Part shown: in pieces, positions 8,701 through 15,255 of the stretch
How positions within the stretch are numbered: the stretch's first letter is position 1
Layout of the letters: the number at the start of each line of letters is the position of its first letter
From: Formosa sp. Hel1_33_131
GTDB lineage: Bacteria > Bacteroidota > Bacteroidia > Flavobacteriales > Flavobacteriaceae
Assembly (NCBI RefSeq): GCF_001735745.1
Contig: NZ_CP017260.1
Span: 2,040,001-2,072,000, forward strand
Reading direction: 5' to 3'
DNA length: 32,000 nt
Position numbers and translations under genes: made by a program
The notes under the pieces: generated by a model
What the model was told of the DNA's origin: nothing
Database searches by the model: none
Seen by the model: only the letters and a program-made list of their open reading frames with translations

Positions 8701-10145
8701 TAATGCTTTTGTCGCAAAAGCTAGCTGACTTCACAAAGGGTGAAGCCGATGTCTTGCGTAAAGCCATGGGTAAAAAGCAAATTTCGGTACTCGATAAAAT
8801 GAAACCGAAGTTTATCAACCAAGCTGCCGCCAAAGGGATGGCTGCCGATAAATTAGAGAAAATTTGGACGGATTGGGAAAAATTTGCCAGTTATGCCTTT
8901 AATAAATCTCACTCCACTTGTTATGCGTGGATTGCCTATCAAACGGCGTACTTAAAAGCGCATTACCCTGCGGAATACATGGCAGCGGTCTTGTCCAATA
9001 ATATGAACGATATCAAGCAAGTGACCTTCTTTATGGAAGAATGTAAACGTATGAAATTAAATGTATTGGGGCCGGATGTCAATGAGAGTTATTATAAATT
9101 TTCAGTAAATCAAGACAATGCAGTACGTTTTGGAATGGGTGCCATAAAAGGCGTGGGTCATGGAGCAGTAAAAACCATTGTGGAAGAACGTAAAAATGAA
9201 GGGCCGTACAAGTCTATTTTTGATTTGGCAAAACGCATCGATTTAAGAGCAGCCAATAAAAAAGCATTTGAAAACTTAGCCAATGCTGGCGGATTTGATT
9301 GTTTTCCAAACACCCATCGAGCACAGTATTTTCAGGACGAAGGAGATGGAGTGACCTTCTTAGAAAAAACCATTAAATATGCCAATCGCTATCAAGAAAA
9401 TAAAAACTCGGCGCAAGTCAGTTTGTTTGGAGAATCGAGCGATGTTCAGATAGAAGAACCCGAAATTCCGCCTTGTGAAACATGGGGAACGATGGAAAAA
9501 CTCGCCCGAGAAAAAGAAGTCGTAGGAATTTATATTTCTGGACATCCTTTGGATGATTTTAAACTCGAAATGCAAAATTTCTGTAATGGCGATATTTCTG
9601 TGTTTCGTGACATGCCAACTTTTATAAATAAAGAAATTTCTTTTGGAGGTGTGGTGACCGATGTGCAGCACCGTGTGAGCAAACAAGGAAAAGGCTGGGG
9701 CACGTTTGTCATAGAAGATTATATGAACACCCACGAATTTCGAATCTTTGGGGAAGAGTATTTGAAATTTAAACACTTTTTGATGCATAATAATTTTGTG
9801 TTTGTGCGCGCCTTAATTAAAGAAGGTTGGACCAATCGGGATACGGGGGCTAAGGGCGATCCGCGCTTGCAATTCAATAGTTTTCAGCTGCTTCATGACA
9901 TCATGGAGTCCTATGCTAAAAAACTATCCATCCAATTAAATATAAAAGAAATCTCCGAAGAAAAAATTCAAAGCATTAAAGAACTTCTACAAATGCACTC
10001 GGGAAATCACAACCTGAAATTTGTAGTTTATGACGATGAGGAGGAGTTGAAATTAGAAATGAGCAGTCGCTTACAAAAAATTAAAATATCGCAAGAATTG
10101 TTGGAAGAATTGAAAGCGCAAGAGGTGTTTTATAAATTAAATTAA
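5760..10145 (+). CDS. dnaE: DNA polymerase III alpha subunit with an N-terminal DEDDh (epsilon-like) 3'-5' exonuclease domain
   Basis: The Exo motifs are LIFDTETTGL, NLGFDLNIM and HNATADVEAT. They are followed by a PHP domain (HLHNHSQFS), the polymerase core (GYPGYFLIV, MPDIDIDF) and an OB fold. I prefer the ATG at 5760 to the TTG at 5691 used by the ORF track. Confidence 0.95.
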   Translation: MYLIFDTETTGLPKRWNAPINDVDNWPRCIQIAWQLHDDLGNCIEHQDYLIRPDGFNIPYDAEKIHGISTELATEQGLALSEVLELFNVALSKTTFVVGQNLGFDLNIMGCEFHRLQVASPLSELPVLDTCTEKTASMCQIPGGRGGKFKLPTLTELHQFLFHKPFGEAHNATADVEATTRCFLELIRRKEFTIDKLQATNDYYERFQLENPEEITPIGLKHVNLKQESAKIAARIQQEKESVTPQKITTEVPEILNDAEVVHLHNHSQFSVLQSTISIKNLVAAASDNEMPAVALTDHGNMMGAFHFVKEIGNYNRDIREKNKLALEANEPADAQEIKGIVGCEFFVCEDHTNKSQKDNGYQVVFLAKTKKGYHNLVKMSSKAYTDGFYYLPRIDRTIVETYKEDLIVLTGNLYGEVPSKILNVGERQAEEALLWWKEKFGADLYVELMRHKQEDEDRVNPVLISLAQKHAIKLVATNNTYYINQEDANAHDILLCVKDGEKQATPIGRGRGYRYGLPNQEYYFKSSEEMKSLFKDVPEAIVNIQEVVDKIEPYELARDVLLPKFDIPQEFVNPADAVDGSNFGENAYLRHLTYIGAEKRYGELTDDIKERLDFELKTIENTGYPGYFLIVEDFIRVARSMDVSVGPGRGSAAGSVVAYCLWITNIDPIKYDLLFERFLNPDRVSMPDIDIDFDDEGRGRVMDYVIQKYGSSQVAQIITYGTMAAKSSIRDTARVLDLPLGDADRIAKLIPNMAKLHKIFNTPEKELKAKFRSEDMELINQLLNLSDGDDLEAETINQAQVLEGSLRNTGIHACGVIITPGDITNYVPIATAKDSDLYVTQFDNSVVEDAGLLKMDFLGLKTLTLIKDTVKIVKAKHDITLDPDHFPLDDELTYELFQRGETVGVFQYESPGMQKHMRDLKPTVFADLIAMNALYRPGPIEYIPSFIRRKQGDEEISYDLPEMEEYLKETYGITVYQEQVMLLSQKLADFTKGEADVLRKAMGKKQISVLDKMKPKFINQAAAKGMAADKLEKIWTDWEKFASYAFNKSHSTCYAWIAYQTAYLKAHYPAEYMAAVLSNNMNDIKQVTFFMEECKRMKLNVLGPDVNESYYKFSVNQDNAVRFGMGAIKGVGHGAVKTIVEERKNEGPYKSIFDLAKRIDLRAANKKAFENLANAGGFDCFPNTHRAQYFQDEGDGVTFLEKTIKYANRYQENKNSAQVSLFGESSDVQIEEPEIPPCETWGTMEKLAREKEVVGIYISGHPLDDFKLEMQNFCNGDISVFRDMPTFINKEISFGGVVTDVQHRVSKQGKGWGTFVIEDYMNTHEFRIFGEEYLKFKHFLMHNNFVFVRALIKEGWTNRDTGAKGDPRLQFNSFQLLHDIMESYAKKLSIQLNIKEISEEKIQSIKELLQMHSGNHNLKFVVYDDEEELKLEMSSRLQKIKISQELLEELKAQEVFYKLN

Positions 10146-10220
10146 GGGTTTATAGCAATCTACAATCCAATCATAAGTAAAACAAATCGTGCCCCGCTGT
10201 GATTTAGTTATATTTTTAAT

Positions 10221-10228
10221 TAATTTTG
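10221..10228 (+). promoter_or_regulatory. -7 box TAATTTTG for trxA
   Basis: It matches TAnnTTTG and lies 42 nt upstream of the trxA ATG. Confidence 0.45.
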
Positions 10229-10269
10229 TGACTCAGTAATTAATAACTATCATTTAAAATAATAATATT

Positions 10270-10587
10270 ATGGCATTAGAAATCACAGACGCGAATTTTG
10301 AAGAAACAGTTTTAAAAAGTACAAAACCTGTCTTGGTTGATTTTTGGGCAGCATGGTGCGGTCCTTGTCGAATGGTAGGGCCTATCATCGAAGAAATCAG
10401 TACAGAATATGGCGACAAAGCTGTTGTAGGAAAAGTAGATGTCGATGCAAACCAAGAATTTGCAGCTAAATATGGCGTGCGAAATATTCCAACGGTGTTG
10501 GTATTTCAAAACGGTGAAGTTGTAGGGCGTCAAGTAGGGGTTTCTCCAAAAAACGTTTATACTGAAGCGATTGATGCCTTGTTGTAA
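10270..10587 (+). CDS. trxA: Thioredoxin
   Basis: It is 105 aa, has the WCGPC active site, and shows canonical TrxA sequence throughout. Confidence 0.95.
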   Translation: MALEITDANFEETVLKSTKPVLVDFWAAWCGPCRMVGPIIEEISTEYGDKAVVGKVDVDANQEFAAKYGVRNIPTVLVFQNGEVVGRQVGVSPKNVYTEAIDALL

Positions 10588-10610
10588 AACATCTTTTAAA
10601 AAGAATATTA

Positions 10611-10642
10611 AAAAGGTTTGTCTTATTGGCAAACCTTTTTTA
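10611..10642 (+). terminator. Rho-independent terminator of trxA
   Basis: AAAAGGTTTG (10611-10620) pairs with CAAACCTTTT (10630-10639) and is followed by more T residues. Confidence 0.8.
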
Positions 10643-10653
10643 GTTTAGAGCCT

Positions 10654-11583
10654 ATGGATATTCAAAAGGAATTACAAGAAGCCTCCGGGTTTTTAAACTT
10701 TGATTTATTAGCTAAATCCATTGTAGAGGGCTTTATTTCTGGCATGCATAAAAGTCCTTTTCATGGGTTTTCGGCGGAATTTGCCGAGCATAAAATTTAC
10801 AACAATGGCGAAAGTACGCGCCATATCGATTGGAAGTTGTTTGCCAAAACCGACAAACTGTACACCAAACGCTATGACGAAGAAACCAACTTGCGTTGTC
10901 ATTTGATTGTCGATAATAGCAGCTCTATGCATTATCCGAAATGCAATCAACCCTCCATCAACCAATTAAATAAAGTTAGTTTTTCAGCTTTGGCGGCTGC
11001 GGCGATGATGCAGCTTCTAAAAAAACAACGCGATGCGGTGGGTCTGAGCGTCTATTCAGATGCCATTGACTACTACGCCCCAGAAAAAGGGAGTGAACGC
11101 CACCATCAAATGCTTATGGACCGTTTAAACACCACGGTGAGTAGCCCTCAAAAGGAAGTAGGCACCAAAACATACGAGGTCTTGCATGAAATTGCTGAAA
11201 AGCTTCACCGCCGTTCCTTGATTTTTTTGTTTACAGATATGTTTCAGTCTGATCAGGAGCAGGAACAACTGTTTGAAGCGCTGCGTCATTTAAAATATAA
11301 CAAGCACGAATTGGTGTTATTTCATGTTTATGACAAAGCCACGGAGTATAATTTTAAATTTGACAATGCACCCAAGCGCTTTGTGGATGTGGAAACTGGC
11401 GGGTCTGTGGATTTGTATCCAGAATCAGTTCAAGCCAATTACGAGGCTGCTATAGCGTCCTATTTCAAGGACTTACGTTTGAAGTGTGGGCAGTATAAAA
11501 TCAATTATGTAGGGGTCGATATTCAAGAAGGATTCGACAAAATCCTGACCACGTATATGGTGGAGCGACAGAAATTTATTTAA
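10654..11583 (+). CDS. DUF58 domain protein (vWA-like, MoxR-associated family)
   Basis: HGFSAEFAEHKIY...IDWKLFAKTDKLYTKRYDEETN is the DUF58 signature region. I prefer the ATG at 10654 because the TTG at 10618 lies inside the trxA terminator hairpin. Confidence 0.85.
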   Translation: MDIQKELQEASGFLNFDLLAKSIVEGFISGMHKSPFHGFSAEFAEHKIYNNGESTRHIDWKLFAKTDKLYTKRYDEETNLRCHLIVDNSSSMHYPKCNQPSINQLNKVSFSALAAAAMMQLLKKQRDAVGLSVYSDAIDYYAPEKGSERHHQMLMDRLNTTVSSPQKEVGTKTYEVLHEIAEKLHRRSLIFLFTDMFQSDQEQEQLFEALRHLKYNKHELVLFHVYDKATEYNFKFDNAPKRFVDVETGGSVDLYPESVQANYEAAIASYFKDLRLKCGQYKINYVGVDIQEGFDKILTTYMVERQKFI

Positions 11584-11639
11584 TTTTCATTTTAGTTGAA
11601 AATAAAGTCAAAAATAGTTGTGTAATGAAAAATGCAGTG

Positions 11640-11647
11640 TATATTTG
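11640..11647 (+). promoter_or_regulatory. -7 box TATATTTG for tRNA-Asp
   Basis: It matches TAnnTTTG. A TTG at 11618-11620 gives a 19-bp spacer. The tRNA starts 19 nt downstream. Confidence 0.55.
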
Positions 11648-11665
11648 CAACCGCAATAACGCAAC

Positions 11666-11739
11666 GGTTTGGTAGTTCAGTTGGTTAGAATACCTGCCTG
11701 TCACGCAGGGGGTCGCGGGTTCGAGTCCCGTCCAGACCG
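11666..11739 (+). tRNA. tRNA-Asp (anticodon GTC)
   Basis: The cloverleaf folds by hand. The acceptor stem is GGTTTGG/CCAGACC with one G-U pair. The anticodon arm is CCTGC-CTGTCAC-GCAGG and the T arm is GCGGG-TTCGAGT-CCCGT. The discriminator is G and CCA is not encoded. Confidence 0.93.
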
Positions 11740-11763
11740 CTAAGTATCTTTCAAAAGATGCAT

Positions 11764-11859
11764 ATAGTAAATAAGACGTTGTGTTGTGATAATCAAATGA
11801 TTATCCGTGGTTTGTGACAAACCAGTGAGAAGCTTTCCTGAAAATGGAGGGCTTTTTTT
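11764..11859 (+). repeat. 96-bp element ending in a terminator-like hairpin, copy 1 (paired with 13699-13793)
   Basis: An ungapped manual alignment at offset 1935 gives 70 of 86 identical positions. This includes an identical 25-mer, GTGAGAAGCTTTCCTGAAAATGGAG. The hairpin AAGCTTTCC/GGAGGGCTT is followed by a T-run (11828-11859). Confidence 0.8.
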
Positions 11860-12012
11860 ATTTTGTACAGTCTTTGTACAGTGAAATAATGTCTATTTCC
11901 ATTTTACAATCTTCGAAGTAGTATGCTTATATTATAGATGAATTTTAGTCTATTGAGAGATCCTCTCCGTGAAATTTAGCATTATTTATATTGGGTTTAC
12001 AACGATATATTA

Positions 12013-12020
12013 TATATTTG
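12013..12020 (+). promoter_or_regulatory. -7 box TATATTTG upstream of the first fic gene
   Basis: It matches TAnnTTTG and lies 113 nt upstream of the ATG at 12133. Confidence 0.45.
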
Positions 12021-12024
12021 CACT

Positions 12025-12120
12025 AATTAATAATAATCACACAGCGTTAATTAATAACTATAACACAACATCAAATAATAATAATCACACAACAGTAATT
12101 AATAATATTGTCACGAATTT
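12025..12120 (+). repeat. AT-rich ~48-bp tandem duplication in the fic leader (TAATTAATAA / AATAATAATCACACA modules)
   Basis: The 15-mer AATAATAATCACACA occurs twice, ~48 bp apart. TAATTAATAA-type modules occur three times (12025, 12048, 12096). The two units are roughly 75-80% identical by manual alignment. Confidence 0.7.
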
Positions 12121-12132
12121 AATTTAAAAAAA

Positions 12133-13677
12133 ATGGCAACTCCAGGAGAGAAATTAGCAAAATCATTAGAAAAACTAAAGGCGATACAAGATCGAGGTTT
12201 GATTGCGATAAAAGCATCTGATTTAACCAGAGGACATAGAGAGCGGTTGGTTAAAAATGGATTTATTCGAGAGGTCATTAAAGGGTGGTATCTTGTAGCT
12301 CCTCATGATACACAAAAAGGAGATACGACTTTCTGGTACTCTTCTTTTTGGGGGTTTTGTTCAAGATATTTAGAAGATCGTTATGGGGATGATTACTGTG
12401 TGTCAGCGGAACAATCTCTTTTGCTTCATGCCGGAAATAACGCTGTCCCAACACAACTAATCATACGCTCCTCAAAAGGAAATAATTCACCCACTTCTTT
12501 ATTATTTGGCACCTCTTTATTTGTCATGAAATCGCCTTTACCAAATATTGCTGAAATAGAAGAAAAGCACGGTATTAGAATTGTGAACCTGCCATCATCT
12601 ATAGTACATTCTACACCTTCAATATTTACCAGACAAGCGATAGAAGTGCGAACAGCATTACTAATGATTAAAGATGCTTCTGAACTATTAACTATTCTAC
12701 TTGATGGGGGACATTCTACTATTGCAGGCAGATTGGTTGGTGCTTATAGAAATATAGGACATGAAAAGATTGCGGACACTATTTTAAAAACCATGAAATC
12801 GGCTGACTATGATGTTAGGGAAACGGATCCATTTGGAACATCTACACCAATTAAGCTTGATTTAAGGGAGCGTTCACCTTATGTGAATCGCATTAAATTG
12901 ATGTGGGAAGCCATGAGAAAAGATGTCATAGACGTATTTCCAAAAGCTACGGGGATGTCGAAAGATGCGAATGCCTATATGAAGGGTATAGAGGAAATCT
13001 ACACAACAGATGCTTACCATTCTTTATCTATAGAACGATATACCGTAAGCATTGAATTAATTGAACGCGTGAGAAGCGGTGCGTGGGATGCAAAAGAGAA
13101 TGAAGCAGATCGTAAACAAAAAGATGCCATGGCTGCACGGGGTTATTGGCAGGCATTTAAGGCTGTAAAAGAAAGTGTAATTCAAATTTTAACAGCTGAA
13201 AATTCAGGAACAGTAGTTGATAGAGATCATGGAGATTGGTATCGAGAATTGTTTTCTCCTAGCGTCGCAGTTGGTTTACTGAAAGTTTCAGATTTAGCTG
13301 GATACAGAAATGGACAGGTTTATATAAGCCAATCCAAACACACACCCATAAACAAAGAAGGTGTCCGTGATGTCATGCCGTTGCTCTTTGAATTATTGGA
13401 AAATGAAAAAGAGGCGAGCGTAAGAGCCGTATTAGGGCATTTTATTTTTGTATATACACATCCATATATGGATGGTAACGGACGTATGGGGAGGTTTTTA
13501 ATGAATACTATGCTTGCTTCTGGAGGCTACCCTTGGACTGTAATCCCAGTTGAAGAACGGGATAGATATATGAATGCTCTAGAGCATGCTAGTTTTGGTC
13601 AAGATATAAAACCATTTGCTGAATACTTGGCCTATTTGGTGGGTGCTGGATTAAAGGGTGAGCCAATAGCTAAGTAG
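12133..13677 (+). CDS. Fic family protein with an N-terminal AbiEi-like wHTH region
   Basis: The Fic motif is HPYMDGNGRMGR. The upstream helix SLSIER is a variant of the inhibitory motif [ST]xxxE[GN]. The N-terminal DLTRGHRERLVKNGFIREVIKGWYLV resembles the AbiEi-type wHTH pattern, recognised from memory. Confidence 0.85.
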   Translation: MATPGEKLAKSLEKLKAIQDRGLIAIKASDLTRGHRERLVKNGFIREVIKGWYLVAPHDTQKGDTTFWYSSFWGFCSRYLEDRYGDDYCVSAEQSLLLHAGNNAVPTQLIIRSSKGNNSPTSLLFGTSLFVMKSPLPNIAEIEEKHGIRIVNLPSSIVHSTPSIFTRQAIEVRTALLMIKDASELLTILLDGGHSTIAGRLVGAYRNIGHEKIADTILKTMKSADYDVRETDPFGTSTPIKLDLRERSPYVNRIKLMWEAMRKDVIDVFPKATGMSKDANAYMKGIEEIYTTDAYHSLSIERYTVSIELIERVRSGAWDAKENEADRKQKDAMAARGYWQAFKAVKESVIQILTAENSGTVVDRDHGDWYRELFSPSVAVGLLKVSDLAGYRNGQVYISQSKHTPINKEGVRDVMPLLFELLENEKEASVRAVLGHFIFVYTHPYMDGNGRMGRFLMNTMLASGGYPWTVIPVEERDRYMNALEHASFGQDIKPFAEYLAYLVGAGLKGEPIAK

Positions 13678-13698
13678 GTCTAAGTTAAAAAAGTACAA

Positions 13699-13793
13699 AT
13701 AGTAAATAAGAAGTAGTGTATTGACAATAAAACGATTACATGTATTTCGCGACAAGCCGGTGAGAAGCTTTCCTGAAAATGGAGCTTTTTTTT
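13699..13793 (+). repeat. 96-bp element, copy 2
   Basis: See copy 1 (11764-11859). This copy starts 22 nt after the fic1 stop and ends in a hairpin plus a T-run. Confidence 0.8.
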
Positions 13794-13885
13794 ATGTTCA
13801 GCCCTTTCCCAAGTCTACATACTCTATAGTTGTACTTAATGCGGGACAAAAAGTCACATATTACTTTTATTTGAACTATTTTTTG

Positions 13886-13893
13886 TATTTTTG
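13886..13893 (+). promoter_or_regulatory. -7 box TATTTTTG for the second fic gene
   Basis: It matches TAnnTTTG and lies 28 nt upstream of the ATG at 13921. Confidence 0.5.
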
Positions 13894-13920
13894 GTACACA
13901 TAATAGTCATTAGAGATAAA

Positions 13921-14994
13921 ATGTCCGATAACAAGAAACTTGTAAAACTTCCTCCAAAAAGAGAGAAAGTAGAAACAATTGAAATTCTTCGTCAATTGAG
14001 TAAATCTTCAAATTCATTAGGAGAATTAAAAGGAATTGCTAAAACTATTCCTAATCAGGAAATGTTAATTAATGCAGTTGTTTTACAGGAAGCTAAAGAT
14101 AGTTCAGAAATAGAAAATATTATTACAACTCAAGATGAACTATACAAAGCTCTAGCAACAAACACAAAACAACCAACTCAAATTAAAGAGGTTATAAATT
14201 ATAGGAGTGCCATTTTTTCAGGTTTCGAGTTAATGAAAAAACAAGGGTTTTTAAAGTTAAAGGATATTGAAACAATTCAAAAAACCATTATCGAAAATAA
14301 TGCAGGAATTCGCTCAATGGCTGGAACTGTATTAAAAAATGATAAAACTGGAAAAATTGTCTATACTCCACCACAAGAAAAAGACGAAATTTTAGATTTA
14401 TTAGGTAATTTCTTAGAACATTTTAATGTTAAACAGAATGATTTAAACCCATTAATTAATTTAGCAATTTTACATTATCAGTTTGAAAGTATTCACCCTT
14501 TTTATGATGGAAATGGAAGGACAGGAAGAATTCTAAACATTCTATACTTAATTATAAACGATCTTTTAGACATTCCTATTGTATATTTAAGTTCATATAT
14601 CAACGAAAATAAAGCAGATTATTACCGTTTGCTAAATACAGTTAATAACACAAACGAATGGTCTGAATATATAATTTATATGCTGAAAGCTGTTGAAGTA
14701 ACATCAAACAGAACTATTGAGAAAATAAATTCTATAAAAATACTATTAGATGAAACTATACTATTTGCACAAGAAAAAGAACCGAAAATTTATAGAAAAG
14801 AATTAATTGAATTACTATTTGAACAACCGTATTCTAAAATAGAGTTTGTAGTAGAAAGATTAAACGTTGAGAGAAAAGCTGCTTCAAGATATTTAAAAAA
14901 AATGGAAGAAATTGGAATATTAGCTTCTCAAAAAATTGGAAGAGAAAACGTCTACGTAAACACAAAATTGATAGAAATATTGAAAAAGCACTAA
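13921..14994 (+). CDS. Fic family protein, class II architecture (Fic_N + Fic + C-terminal wHTH)
   Basis: The Fic motif is HPFYDGNGRTGR. SSEIEN is a canonical in-cis inhibitory motif. The C-terminal RYLKKMEEIGILASQKIGRENVY is wHTH-like. I prefer the ATG at 13921 to the TTG at 13891. The gene is AT-rich. Confidence 0.9.
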   Translation: MSDNKKLVKLPPKREKVETIEILRQLSKSSNSLGELKGIAKTIPNQEMLINAVVLQEAKDSSEIENIITTQDELYKALATNTKQPTQIKEVINYRSAIFSGFELMKKQGFLKLKDIETIQKTIIENNAGIRSMAGTVLKNDKTGKIVYTPPQEKDEILDLLGNFLEHFNVKQNDLNPLINLAILHYQFESIHPFYDGNGRTGRILNILYLIINDLLDIPIVYLSSYINENKADYYRLLNTVNNTNEWSEYIIYMLKAVEVTSNRTIEKINSIKILLDETILFAQEKEPKIYRKELIELLFEQPYSKIEFVVERLNVERKAASRYLKKMEEIGILASQKIGRENVYVNTKLIEILKKH

Positions 14995-15199
14995 GTACAA
15001 CAAGCCGTGTACAATTAATTGCTTTTGTTCCAGCTTACTTACGAAAATCCTACCGGATTTTCTACCTTGCCTGCGGCAGGCAGGTTCGGTTTGTGTTTAC
15101 TAAATTAGGTACTTGAAATACGCAACCAATCATACACAAATCCGTTAAACAAGTAGATATATAAAGTTAAAAATATTAGCGTCATTACCAAATAAACGC

Positions 15200-15235
15200 A
15201 AAAAAAAGACTGCCTTTTCAGACAGTCTTTTTTTT
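15200..15235. terminator. Bidirectional Rho-independent terminator (mainly serving the M1 peptidase gene)
   Basis: The stem AAGACTG/CAGTCTT has an A-run on one side and a T-run on the other. It lies 20 nt beyond the stop of the minus-strand peptidase gene. Confidence 0.8.
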
Positions 15236-15255
15236 AATAAATTGTTTTATAAATC

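Noticed and set aside
7907-9788. Several 60-142-aa minus-strand ORFs inside dnaE (7907-8101, 7980-8198, 8398-8580, 9360-9788, 9530-9712).
   Set aside because: They lie wholly antisense to a strongly supported, full-length DnaE reading frame. Their translations are low-complexity or unrecognisable and they have no promoter boxes. They are shadow ORFs.
10312-10965. Minus-strand ORFs 10312-10632 and 10708-10965, antisense to trxA and the DUF58 gene.
   Set aside because: They overlap confidently identified genes and the trxA terminator, and they contain no motifs.
13721-13903. A 60-aa ORF in the fic1-fic2 intergenic region.
   Set aside because: It is built from the 96-bp repeat copy, its terminator T-run and the fic2 promoter. 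The translation is Phe/Tyr-rich and low in complexity, so it is unlikely to be coding.
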